Virus record (IMG/VR): IMGVR_UViG_3300017909_001655 | Location: 1 to 37,560 of that record | DNA from: a virus | Lineage: Duplodnaviria; Caudoviricetes | Reading direction: 5' to 3' (one strand) | Length of the DNA stretch: 37,560 bases | In this document: one piece after another, positions 15,748-25,600 of the stretch | Layout of the letters: each line of letters opens with the position of its first letter | How positions within the stretch are numbered: position 1 is the stretch's first letter | The notes under the pieces: model-generated | What the model saw: the letters and a program-made list of their open reading frames with translations, nothing else | The model's database searches: none | What the model was told of the DNA's origin: nothing | Position numbers and translations under genes: made by a program

Positions 15748-16194
15748 TCAAGTGTTAAGTACTTTGATGCCTAGATTCTTTAAAGTTTCCTCAGTCCAAA
15801 CTTGAAACTTCCAACCTTTATGCCTTGCATATTGGTCAGCTGCTTCCCATTTGTCCTGGTTTTTTGAGAATGTCAGTACTTCGTTAATATATCTTTTGGT
15901 CTTTCTTTTTGGTTGTTTTGGTGGTTGTGTTTCTTTTTTAGGTTTAATCTCTACTAGATATGTTTTTCCATTTGTCATTTCAACATATAAATCAACAAAA
16001 TACCTATGTAATTTCTTATCCACACTACATTTGTAAGGTACAACAATCTCTTCAGAACTCCAAGCTCTGACTTTATTATTGTTCTCACACCATCGAAAAG
16101 CATTTCTTTCCCATAAAGAACGAAATACTACGTTATTTGAGTTGCCCAAATACTTATCTGGGTTTTTTATTTTGTATCTACCTTTGTAAGCCAT
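15748..16194 (-). CDS. gp4: Head completion nuclease gp4
   Basis: YKGRY..KNPDKYLG, FRSLWE, WSSEE, HRYFVD, EIKP, NQDKWEAA motifs. Confidence 0.93.
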   Translation of the reverse strand: MAYKGRYKIKNPDKYLGNSNNVVFRSLWERNAFRWCENNNKVRAWSSEEIVVPYKCSVDKKLHRYFVDLYVEMTNGKTYLVEIKPKKETQPPKQPKRKTKRYINEVLTFSKNQDKWEAADQYARHKGWKFQVWTEETLKNLGIKVLNT

Positions 16195-16237
16195 ATAAAT
16201 AATACTATAGTTTTAATTTATTTATAAGGTATTTATA
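16194..16237. promoter_or_regulatory. Face-to-face overlapping T4 late promoters
   Basis: TATAAATA on + at 16194-16201, and on - at 16219-16226 and 16230-16237. Confidence 0.8.
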
Positions 16238-17085
16238 TGGCTACATCGAACAATCCAACACAAAATCCTGAAGGCGGAGGAAGAAGTCCTGATTTGATAT
16301 TTCCTCAGCATTTAGCTCAGTTAATAGCACAGGATGTCAGTCACCCGCATTTAATTATTACAAATAACGAAGACCAAGAAGCAATATTCTTACCGGTTCC
16401 CGCATCATTATCATTAGGAGATGGTGCTAATTACGAAGGTTTAGATAGAGCAACCTTTCAAACAGCAGAAGCTTTTTCAAAAGAAGGTGCTGGTAGTTTA
16501 GAAGCTGCAGATAAATTAGCTATGGGATTAAGCCAGATAAAGAATTTTCCAGGTGCAGATATATTAGCAAAAGACCAAATGTTTAGAAATAGAGTTGCTT
16601 TAAATCCTATGCAAGAGATGGCTTTTACTGGAATGAGTATGAGAGAACTATCCTTATCATTTGATATGGTTCCAAGAAACGAGGATGAAGCTCAAACAAT
16701 TAGAAATATAGAAAAAAAATTAAGAAAGTTAATGTATCCTGAGAAAGCTGGTACAACTGGATTTTCAGTTAGATACCCAGCAATGTTTACTTTACAGTTT
16801 ATGTCAGGGGAAAAGGAATCTCAATTCTTTCCTTTATTTCATCACGCATATTTAAAAGGATTAGAAACAAACTTTAGAGGTCAAGCTGGTGGTTATCATA
16901 GAACAAAGGATAATGATTATATGGGTTTAAAACACACAATTTCTCTAAGCTTCGCAGAAGCTAGAATGTTAACAAGAAATGATATTGTAGAATTACCTGA
17001 GAGAGGAGAAATGGCAAAAAATCCAGAAATCACAGATGCTGATGCATCAGCAGCAGAAAAAGCAGGTAAAGGAGGAAAAGACTAA
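16237..17085 (+). CDS. gp48: Baseplate tail-tube cap gp48
   Basis: NPMQEMAFTGMSMRELSLSFDMVPRNEDEA motif, position before gp53. Confidence 0.8.
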   Translation: MATSNNPTQNPEGGGRSPDLIFPQHLAQLIAQDVSHPHLIITNNEDQEAIFLPVPASLSLGDGANYEGLDRATFQTAEAFSKEGAGSLEAADKLAMGLSQIKNFPGADILAKDQMFRNRVALNPMQEMAFTGMSMRELSLSFDMVPRNEDEAQTIRNIEKKLRKLMYPEKAGTTGFSVRYPAMFTLQFMSGEKESQFFPLFHHAYLKGLETNFRGQAGGYHRTKDNDYMGLKHTISLSFAEARMLTRNDIVELPERGEMAKNPEITDADASAAEKAGKGGKD

Positions 17086-17891
17086 TGCCATACTTTAGAC
17101 AATTTCCAAAAGTAGATTATGACTTTAATCGTACAGGTGCTGTTACGCAGATGTTAGATATATTTCGTTCGGTTAGACCTTTACCAGATTTAGTTGATAA
17201 TTTTTCAGGATATAGATTTTATGAGATTAAAAATGGTGAAAGACCAGATTTAGTATCACAAAGATTATATGGAACACCAGATTTTTATTGGACATTCTTT
17301 GTTGTAAATGAATTTTTACATGATGGTTATAGAGCATGGCCAATGAGTCAAGAAGATTTACATGCTTATATGGAAAAAGAATATGATGGTAAAGTATTAG
17401 AAATACAAACAACATCAACAACAGATATTGATGGAAATATAGAAACAATCAATAGTATAGCAGGTAAATTTACTATAGGAGAAGATATAGTTGGTCAAAC
17501 ATCAGGCGCTAGAGGTAAGCTAATAAAGAAAAATATTGATATGAATCAGCTTATTGTAAGAGGTGGTACATCACAAGCTTTTATTGGTGATGGAACTAGC
17601 AACTTTATTGAAGAAATTGTAGGTCAATCGAGTACTGATAGAGTTAATACACACAAAGTTTATAACTACGCAGATGCACCTTATTATTACTATGATGAAA
17701 ATGATGGCGATAAATTACCAGTCACAAATGCTTTACATATTGAAGGTGGAGTTGCTACATCAGATTTAGCATATCAATCTTATAGAAATTTTGAATTTGA
17801 AAGAAATGAAGAACGTTCAAAAATACGTTATGTTGACCCTAACTATGTCGAACAGTTCGTGAATCAATTTGAAGAAATATTAAATGTCTAG
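17085..17891 (+). CDS. gp53: Baseplate wedge subunit gp53
   Basis: YFRQFPKVDY, GERPDLVSQRLYG (LysM-like), WPMS, NEERSKIR motifs. Confidence 0.88.
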   Translation: MPYFRQFPKVDYDFNRTGAVTQMLDIFRSVRPLPDLVDNFSGYRFYEIKNGERPDLVSQRLYGTPDFYWTFFVVNEFLHDGYRAWPMSQEDLHAYMEKEYDGKVLEIQTTSTTDIDGNIETINSIAGKFTIGEDIVGQTSGARGKLIKKNIDMNQLIVRGGTSQAFIGDGTSNFIEEIVGQSSTDRVNTHKVYNYADAPYYYYDENDGDKLPVTNALHIEGGVATSDLAYQSYRNFEFERNEERSKIRYVDPNYVEQFVNQFEEILNV

Positions 17892-19224
17892 TACACAAAC
17901 AGATGTCACCAATATTACAGGTGCGATTACACCCAGTTCCTTTTTAATTAAGAAGGCTTTATTATACCCATCAAATAAAACAGAACCTGTAGATATTAGA
18001 GATATGATTCTTAAAATGGATGTGGAAGAAAGTTTAAGTAATCCATTTATTATATTAGAAGCCTTCGTTCAAGATGGTGGAAACTATTTTAGTAGATTAA
18101 GATTAAATGGAAATGAGAAAGTAGAATTTATAATTGGTCGAAGAAAACAAGCAGATTCAGAAGCTTTAGATGAAGACCAAAAATGGGAAATGACACTTAC
18201 TTTAATTGATGTATTTCAATACTCTAGAATGAGTGCTAATAAACAATACTACACATTAAGAATGGTCTCACCTTGGGTTGTGACTGATGCAGCAAAAACT
18301 GTCGTAAATGAATTTGAAGGTACAATGGCGGGTGCTATTGAAAAAATTCTAAGAAATAATTTAAGTATAGAAAGAATAGAAAAAATTAACACTTCAAGTA
18401 AAGGTTCAGTACAAGGAGTATTTCCATCTCTTAGTCCATTAAAAGCAGCAAGTTGGTTATTAAATAATTGTTATGAAGAAAGTACACCATTCTTTTTATA
18501 TGAAACATGTAAAAAAGGAGTTTATTTAGATTCTCTAAAATCAATGTACGATAAAGATGTACAAGAAACATATGAACTTAAATCATTCTTTAGTAATACA
18601 CCAGGTTCAGCTGAGTACTTTGATGAGATAAGAACTAGAATTATAAAATTCTCATCACCAATAAATTATTCTCAATTTTCAAATATTAAAAAAGGTGTAT
18701 ATGGTTCTGAGTTTGAAGCAATCGATATATTTAATAAAAAATTTATAAAGAACGATTATCGATATAGTGATAATACAAAGTTAAATCAATTCGAACCATT
18801 CTCAAAAAACGATGAAGTAGCTGGATTAAAGTTAAATCAAATTACAAAAGGCAGAACTTTCTATGTCAATTTAAATCCTGGTGCTTTTGAACAAAGTAAT
18901 ATACATCAACCATTGGATAATACTATAATGAAAGGTGAAGCTTATTATAGCGCAATGTCAACTAACGTTATGAAAATGCAAATACTTGGAAACTTTGGTT
19001 TAGAGGTTGGTAATAAAATTAGAGTTGATATAAGTAAAGCATCATCAGCTGCAGCTCTTGATGAATCAAATATGTTTGATAAGTATTTAGGCGGTGATTA
19101 TTTAATACAAAAAATAGAAAGTAATTTTGAACAAAAATTTACACAATCAATTACACTAGTAAGAGATTCAGTTGGTGTAGATATTGATAGTAAAGACCCA
19201 TCAGAGGCAGATCGAAATGAATAG
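17884..19224 (+). CDS. Baseplate hub protein (gp27-like)
   Basis: 446 aa between gp53 and gp5, with FFLYET and GNFGLEVG...GGDYLI motifs. Confidence 0.65.
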   Translation: MSSTQTDVTNITGAITPSSFLIKKALLYPSNKTEPVDIRDMILKMDVEESLSNPFIILEAFVQDGGNYFSRLRLNGNEKVEFIIGRRKQADSEALDEDQKWEMTLTLIDVFQYSRMSANKQYYTLRMVSPWVVTDAAKTVVNEFEGTMAGAIEKILRNNLSIERIEKINTSSKGSVQGVFPSLSPLKAASWLLNNCYEESTPFFLYETCKKGVYLDSLKSMYDKDVQETYELKSFFSNTPGSAEYFDEIRTRIIKFSSPINYSQFSNIKKGVYGSEFEAIDIFNKKFIKNDYRYSDNTKLNQFEPFSKNDEVAGLKLNQITKGRTFYVNLNPGAFEQSNIHQPLDNTIMKGEAYYSAMSTNVMKMQILGNFGLEVGNKIRVDISKASSAAALDESNMFDKYLGGDYLIQKIESNFEQKFTQSITLVRDSVGVDIDSKDPSEADRNE

Positions 19225-19876
19225 ACAAGATGAATATATAGGAAATCCTTTTCAATGGTTTATAGGTGAAGTATTAGATATAAATGATACGGTATTACAC
19301 TCAAGAGTAAAAGTCAGAGCTTATGGATATTATGATGAAAGTGTAGCAAAAGAAAAATTACCTTGGGCAACTGTATTATTACCAAACACATCAGCTTCGA
19401 AGGCTGGTGTAGGAAGTACACATGGATTATTAGTTGGTTCATGGGTAGTTGGATTTTTTAGAGATGGTTATAGTGCTCAAGACCCAGTTATTATAGGTTC
19501 AATACCAACTCAAACAGATGGTACTAAAGATGTACCAACAGAAGCACATGTTGAGAATATAAAAAATAAAGTACATAAAACAGAATCAGGTCATGTTATA
19601 GAACTTGATGATACAGCTGATGCTGAAAGAATAAACATAAAACACAAATCAGGAACGACAGTATTAATTGATAAAGATGGTGGAGTCCATATTAGTTCAG
19701 TCAATGATATAGTCAATATAAAAGGTAATACAACAATCACTGGAACTTTACATGCAACAGGAGATATCAGTACTGATGCAGAAAATGGTCCAACTTTAGG
19801 AACTCATACCCACCCACAAACTGGTGGTACAACTTCAGATGCAGACAGTGGAGTAGATACAAGTAAACCTTCCTAA
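19217..19876 (+). CDS. gp5: Baseplate central spike gp5-like (OB fold + short beta-helix, no lysozyme)
   Basis: WFIGEV, RVKVR, LPWA, WVVGFFRDG..AQDP, TESGHVIELDDT motifs, C-terminal HTH. Confidence 0.85.
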   Translation: MNRQDEYIGNPFQWFIGEVLDINDTVLHSRVKVRAYGYYDESVAKEKLPWATVLLPNTSASKAGVGSTHGLLVGSWVVGFFRDGYSAQDPVIIGSIPTQTDGTKDVPTEAHVENIKNKVHKTESGHVIELDDTADAERINIKHKSGTTVLIDKDGGVHISSVNDIVNIKGNTTITGTLHATGDISTDAENGPTLGTHTHPQTGGTTSDADSGVDTSKPS

Positions 19877-19892
19877 AGTTATAGTAAACTTG

Positions 19893-19900
19893 TATAAATA
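19893..19900 (+). promoter_or_regulatory. T4 late promoter
   Basis: Intergenic TATAAATA, 5 nt before the gp25 ATG. Confidence 0.8.
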
Positions 19901-19905
19901 GTTAT

Positions 19906-20355
19906 ATGGCAGGAATATCAGAAGCAGATAAGAGTATTAAGGATGGTATTAATCCATCCGTTGTTGTTGCTAAGAAAAAGCAATATAGGGATTTAGATTT
20001 ATCTTTAGCAGTACATCCTATAAGAAAAGATATAATACCTTTAGTTGATGATAGAGCAATTGCCAACGCAATTAAGAATTTATTAATATCAAACTTTAAT
20101 GAAAGACCATTTCAACCTACTACAGGTGCAAACCTTAGAGGTAGATTATTTGAACCAAACGATGCAATTACACGTATTGGTTTAAGAAATGATATTAGGA
20201 ATTGTATACAAAACAACGAACCAAGAGTAAGTGTAAATGGTATTAATATACAAGATGATGCAGATAGGAATTCATATAAAATAACTGTGTATTTTTTAAT
20301 TAAAGAATTTGATACTCAAGAAAGCATAGATATAGAACTAAGAAGGTTAAGATAA
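19906..20355 (+). CDS. gp25: Baseplate wedge subunit gp25
   Basis: YRDLDL, ERPFQP..G, LFE, EPRV motifs. Confidence 0.92.
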   Translation: MAGISEADKSIKDGINPSVVVAKKKQYRDLDLSLAVHPIRKDIIPLVDDRAIANAIKNLLISNFNERPFQPTTGANLRGRLFEPNDAITRIGLRNDIRNCIQNNEPRVSVNGINIQDDADRNSYKITVYFLIKEFDTQESIDIELRRLR

Positions 20356-20356
20356 A

Positions 20357-22234
20357 ATGGCTACTAATTTAAACGTAACGGAACTAGATTTCGACTTAAT
20401 AAAAGATAACTTAAAAAGTTTTTTAAAACAACAATCAGAATTTAATGATTATGATTTTGATGGCTCAGGATTAAATATCCTATTAGATGTACTGGCTTAT
20501 AATACTCATTATAATGCTATGAATGCTCACTTTAGTTTAAACGAAGCTTTTTTAGACTCAGCTCAAATAAGAGGTAATGTAGTCACAAGAGCTAAACTAT
20601 TAGGATACGTTCCACGTTCAGTTCTATCACCAAGAGCAGTAGTAAATATTGTTGCAAATGCTGGTAGTGGTTCAAATCCAACAACACTTACTTTACCTAG
20701 AGGTACTAAATTAAATACTAAATTAGATGGTGTTGAGTTTCAATATGTAGTACTCAATGACCATACAGCAACTTTAGTTGGAACTAAATATACATTCCCT
20801 AATGTCACAATTGTTGAAGGTTCATTAAGAGAATTAAAATATAGAGTTGATAATGATATAGAGAATCAGAAATTTCAGCTTAGCGATAAAGATGCAGATA
20901 CAAGTTCCTTACGTGTACGTGTACAGGAATCACAAGGAGCTGGTTCAGGTGGATTTGAAATATATACACAATTTGAATCCTTAAAAGGAGTTGATGAAAA
21001 CACTAAAGTGTATTTCTTACAAGAAAATCCATCAGGATTCTTTGAAATATATTTTGGAGATGGTGTCACTGGTTATAAGCCTGTAAATGATAATATTGTC
21101 ACAATCGATTACGTTAAAACAAAAGGTAAAGAATCAAATGGTGCTAGTCAATTCTTTATGGTTGACCAAGTTAGTGGTAAAGTAGCAGATAATGAACCAA
21201 CAGTTGTATCAAATGCAGCTGGTGGAGCTGACCAAGAAACATCAGAATCAATCAGATTTAACGCACCACTTACTTACATTGCTCAGGATAGAGCAGTCAC
21301 AGCACAAGATTACGCAGCTATTATTAAAAAGAATTTTAGTAATATAGATTCTATTGCAACTTGGGGTGGTGAAGACCAAACAATACCAGACTTTGGAAAA
21401 GCTTACATAGCAGTAAAACCTTTACTAGCTGAAAAATTAACTGATGATGAAAAGACAGAAATTAAAGATGCTATATTGAAAGGTAAGAACGTAGTATCAA
21501 TTACACCTGAGATTGTTGACCCATCATTTACTAGATTAGAGTTAGATGTATTCTTTAAATATAATCCAAACTTAACAGATAGAACTGCAGTTGAACTTAC
21601 AACTGTTGTGAGAGATACTATTAGTGATTATAATTTTAACAATTTAAATAAATTTGATGGTGTATTTAGGCATTCACAATTAACAAATGAAATTGATAAT
21701 GCAGACCCATCCATTCTTAATAGTACTATACGACCTAGAATGTTTCAAAACTTTACACCACTTACTGATGTAGATGGTAATATAATAACTCAAAATCATA
21801 CACTTACTTTTGCTGGTAAATTTTTAGATAGAGGTAGTTCAGCTAAAATGTTATTATCATCTTCACCATTTAAACTTAGTGGGTCAGATACTAGTGACCA
21901 TTTCTTTGGTGATAGACCAATTGATAACGATTCAACAAAAAGAACAGTAATAGTTTATAAAGTAGCTGACGGCAAGAACGTAACGGTTGTAGCAGATGCT
22001 GGTACAATTGATATTGCAAATGGTATAATTACTTTACATAGCTTCTTACCAACAACAAACGCAAGTATTAGAATTTCAGCTATACCTGATTCTTTAGATA
22101 TTGCACCTAAAAGAGAACAACTATTGGATATAGAACAAGATAGAGTTGAGATAACACCAGAGATTGACACAATCGCAACTGCAGGTTCAAGTGGAAGTAT
22201 AACATATACAACAACATCAAGACTTAAAGACTAA
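20357..22234 (+). CDS. gp6: Baseplate wedge subunit gp6
   Basis: LDFDLIK..LK, DYDFDGS, LLDVLAYNTHY, EIYFGDG, QDRAVTAQDY motifs. Confidence 0.94.
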   Translation: MATNLNVTELDFDLIKDNLKSFLKQQSEFNDYDFDGSGLNILLDVLAYNTHYNAMNAHFSLNEAFLDSAQIRGNVVTRAKLLGYVPRSVLSPRAVVNIVANAGSGSNPTTLTLPRGTKLNTKLDGVEFQYVVLNDHTATLVGTKYTFPNVTIVEGSLRELKYRVDNDIENQKFQLSDKDADTSSLRVRVQESQGAGSGGFEIYTQFESLKGVDENTKVYFLQENPSGFFEIYFGDGVTGYKPVNDNIVTIDYVKTKGKESNGASQFFMVDQVSGKVADNEPTVVSNAAGGADQETSESIRFNAPLTYIAQDRAVTAQDYAAIIKKNFSNIDSIATWGGEDQTIPDFGKAYIAVKPLLAEKLTDDEKTEIKDAILKGKNVVSITPEIVDPSFTRLELDVFFKYNPNLTDRTAVELTTVVRDTISDYNFNNLNKFDGVFRHSQLTNEIDNADPSILNSTIRPRMFQNFTPLTDVDGNIITQNHTLTFAGKFLDRGSSAKMLLSSSPFKLSGSDTSDHFFGDRPIDNDSTKRTVIVYKVADGKNVTVVADAGTIDIANGIITLHSFLPTTNASIRISAIPDSLDIAPKREQLLDIEQDRVEITPEIDTIATAGSSGSITYTTTSRLKD

Positions 22235-25200
22235 TGGCAAAAACAAATCTAACACCGGGAGTAATAGAACTAGATGATTCAACTTTAGTTGATACTAAAG
22301 AGCATATTCGTTTAGACCAAATTATACCTTCAGAGATTCTACATGATAAAACAAAACTAAGAGAGTTCTTAGAAGCATATTATACTTTCATGAATATGGA
22401 AGAGTTTATATATCAAGAAACAAAAGTTTTTGAAGATGTGGTTTTAGATAATGTAGCCAGGTTTAGAGTAGAAGATTCATCTAGAAATAATGAGTTCTTT
22501 GTAGATTCCGGAGCAGGTAATTCAACTTTAGTACTTAAATCACCAACAGGTAAAACACCTGCTAAATTTATTTTTGATGGTTCCTCATCATCTATAGTTA
22601 GTGCAAGTGATGATACAATTGATGTAGGTGAATTTAATCAATTGTCATTACCAGTTGGAACTCCAGTAGTATATAAAAGTGGTGATGGTACAGCAATTAA
22701 TGGATTAACAAATAACTTTACTTATTATATTATTTCATCGGCTGGTGGAAAAATTAAATTATCAACATCAGTAAATGGTAACGCAGTTGATATTGCTGGT
22801 GTAGGTACTGGAGTACTTCATTCTTTTGAAGGTGCTAATAGTACTATGACTATTCCAATTAGTTCAGTTAATACAGCAATTTCAAATGGTAATGAATTAC
22901 CGGGTACATTACAACTTACAAGTGGTATTGGTAAAACATTTACTGTCACTAATTTAACTTCTTTTAATGGATATACTGCAACCCTAACTACTTTAATAAA
23001 AAGATACGTAGGACCAGGTCCATCTAATATTATGAACACCATAGAAAAAGCTATGAACATCGATACGAATGATGATAACTTTTTAACTATGATGCAAAAA
23101 GAAATTGGTGCTTCATTACCTCGTAATACAGTTGGTAATAGAAGAACTCTTTATAAACTTATAAATGATTTTTATAAATTAAGAGGAAGTACTGATAGTA
23201 TAGAAATATTTTTTAGATTATTATTTAACGAAGAAGTAGAAGTAGAGTTTCCTTATGAAAAAACTCTTATACCTTCTCAAGGTGATTGGGACCAAGCATT
23301 AAATCATACAACTACACTATCATCAGCCGCAAGTAATACAAACGTAATTAATATTACAGCAAGTAATGATAATATCAGACCAGGTTCTAAGTTAGTTGAT
23401 GGTACTCCACCAGGTACTAATATTACTTTAAAGGATGGTATTGCCGATGGTGTTGAAGATAACCCAGTCACAGTATCATCTGTAGATGCAACTGGGAAGG
23501 TAATTACCCTATCCCAAGCCATTACTTTGTCATCTGGTGCAACTGTGACCTTCGTACCAAGAGGTACTTACCTAGACCAAAGAGGATTCTTATCTTACGA
23601 CCAAGTTATAACTGATAGTAAAAAGTTTCAAAAGTTTTCTTACCTAGTCAAAACTGGTAGAAGTTTACAAGATTGGGAAAATGCTTTCGATAAATTAGTT
23701 CACCCAGCTGGATTTATATACTTTGCAGAAATATTAATATTCTTACAATTAACAAAATCAGCTTTAGGAGAAGATGCTTTAGGTGATGGTAAAAGAAATG
23801 ATGGATTACCACCTTTACTTAGAAAAGTTTTATCAGCTTTACCAACAAGACAACCAGGTGTTATAGGTATTGAAGACCTTCCATTATTAGTAGAAGCATT
23901 TGCTTCAATATTCTCACCAATTGCAGAAGCTAAAATACATAAGTCAGGTTCACTATCATTAAACTTAAGAAATGGTGTTATAAGTGGTAGTAGTATTACA
24001 AGTGGTGGAACTGGATATACTAGTGTTCCAACAATTACAACATCTGATTCAGCAGCTGCTTCAGGATTTAACGCAGCAACTTTAACTGCATCACTTACAA
24101 ATGGCAAAGTTTCAGCTATTACAATTTCAAATGGTGGTAGTGAATATGGAACTCCAGTAGCAACATTCTCAGCACCAACAGCAATGACATTTAATCCTGC
24201 CACTGCAGTTAACTTATCTAATGATACTATAACATTAACAACAGCTCAAGCAGCAGCTTTAGAGAATGGTGACCAAGTCACATATAATAGTGGTGGAGGT
24301 GGTTCTATTGCAGGACTTACTTCTACTGGTACATTCTTTGTAGTAAACAAATCCGGCAATACAATTAAATTAGAATCTTCTGTAGGAAATGGAGCAATTG
24401 ATTTAGAATCAGTTGGAAGTGGAACATCTCATACTTTAACAGGTACAACAGCCACAGCAACCTTATCAAAAACCGATGGAACAGTTAAAGCAATTGAAAT
24501 AACTGAAAAAGGTTTTGGATATTCAGGTACACAAACAGTTTCATTTAGCGGTACAGCACAAGATGGTGTCACACCTACAAACCCAGCAGCAACAATTGGC
24601 GTAACATCTGATGGTGAATTGGATGTAGATGCTATTACTATTTCAAATGCTGGTGCAGGTTTCTCACAACTATTTGCAACAGTACCAGCAAATCCAAACG
24701 CTACTAAGATAGCAAAAGTAAGAGTACTTGGTCCCTCACAAAAGAATTTTAGAACAGCACCTGGTATAACATTCCCACCACCTGATGCGGTAGATGCAGA
24801 TGGTAATTTATTATCAACTAACGTAACAGCGACAGCTGTATTTACATTAGATGCAAATGGATTTATTACAAGTGGAGATATTACACCAAGTAATCCTGGT
24901 TTAGGATATACAAGAGACCCAATAGTAAGATTAGCATCTGGCGCACATAACGAGATTAGAGTTAGAACTCAACATATTTTAGATATTAATTTAAATCATA
25001 ACGATGTAAAACCAACAACAGGCATACTACAAGTACCAAAACAAACAACTGGTTCTTTAATGGGTGGTAATTTAAGAGATGATATTATAAGTAATGTTGC
25101 ATCAATTACAATTACAAATGCTGGTAGTGGATATACATCAGCAACAGTTTCATTCTCTGGAGGATTAGCAACTGTAGGTTCAACCACACCAGCTGAAGCA

Positions 25201-25587
25201 ACAGCAACAGTATCAGGTGGTCAAATAACTGCAATTACTATAACAAATCCAGGTGACGGATATGTATCAGCACCTACAATAACAATTAGTGGAGATGGTT
25301 CTAATGCAGCAGCTACAGCAACCATTGATGATACATATACAAGAACTGAAGAAACACCATCAAATGCTAAATTCTTACCAGCATTTGAGGTAGCAATTAA
25401 GAATCCTAATTTTAGAACCATTATAAATAATGGATATAAACAAAGAAAAGGACAAAATTTCTATACTTCATCTAGGTTATACAATTCTAACCAACAAATA
25501 AGCTTTTTAGGTGGCATAGAAATACAAAACGTCGATTCAACTAATATAAATAAATATAATACACGAACATTCGTGGATTTAGAATAG
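22234..25587 (+). CDS. gp7: Baseplate wedge initiator gp7-like with inserted beta-rich repeats
   Basis: FLEAYY, DFYKLRGS..SIEIFFRLLF, FQKFSYLVK, LVHPAGF motifs. Located between gp6 and gp8. Confidence 0.8.
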   Translation: MAKTNLTPGVIELDDSTLVDTKEHIRLDQIIPSEILHDKTKLREFLEAYYTFMNMEEFIYQETKVFEDVVLDNVARFRVEDSSRNNEFFVDSGAGNSTLVLKSPTGKTPAKFIFDGSSSSIVSASDDTIDVGEFNQLSLPVGTPVVYKSGDGTAINGLTNNFTYYIISSAGGKIKLSTSVNGNAVDIAGVGTGVLHSFEGANSTMTIPISSVNTAISNGNELPGTLQLTSGIGKTFTVTNLTSFNGYTATLTTLIKRYVGPGPSNIMNTIEKAMNIDTNDDNFLTMMQKEIGASLPRNTVGNRRTLYKLINDFYKLRGSTDSIEIFFRLLFNEEVEVEFPYEKTLIPSQGDWDQALNHTTTLSSAASNTNVINITASNDNIRPGSKLVDGTPPGTNITLKDGIADGVEDNPVTVSSVDATGKVITLSQAITLSSGATVTFVPRGTYLDQRGFLSYDQVITDSKKFQKFSYLVKTGRSLQDWENAFDKLVHPAGFIYFAEILIFLQLTKSALGEDALGDGKRNDGLPPLLRKVLSALPTRQPGVIGIEDLPLLVEAFASIFSPIAEAKIHKSGSLSLNLRNGVISGSSITSGGTGYTSVPTITTSDSAAASGFNAATLTASLTNGKVSAITISNGGSEYGTPVATFSAPTAMTFNPATAVNLSNDTITLTTAQAAALENGDQVTYNSGGGGSIAGLTSTGTFFVVNKSGNTIKLESSVGNGAIDLESVGSGTSHTLTGTTATATLSKTDGTVKAIEITEKGFGYSGTQTVSFSGTAQDGVTPTNPAATIGVTSDGELDVDAITISNAGAGFSQLFATVPANPNATKIAKVRVLGPSQKNFRTAPGITFPPPDAVDADGNLLSTNVTATAVFTLDANGFITSGDITPSNPGLGYTRDPIVRLASGAHNEIRVRTQHILDINLNHNDVKPTTGILQVPKQTTGSLMGGNLRDDIISNVASITITNAGSGYTSATVSFSGGLATVGSTTPAEATATVSGGQITAITITNPGDGYVSAPTITISGDGSNAAATATIDDTYTRTEETPSNAKFLPAFEVAIKNPNFRTIINNGYKQRKGQNFYTSSRLYNSNQQISFLGGIEIQNVDSTNINKYNTRTFVDLE
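25545..25552 (+). promoter_or_regulatory. T4 late promoter upstream of gp8 (second copy at 25422-25429)
   Basis: TATAAATA. Confidence 0.6.
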
Positions 25588-25600
25588 AAGGTAAAATAAA

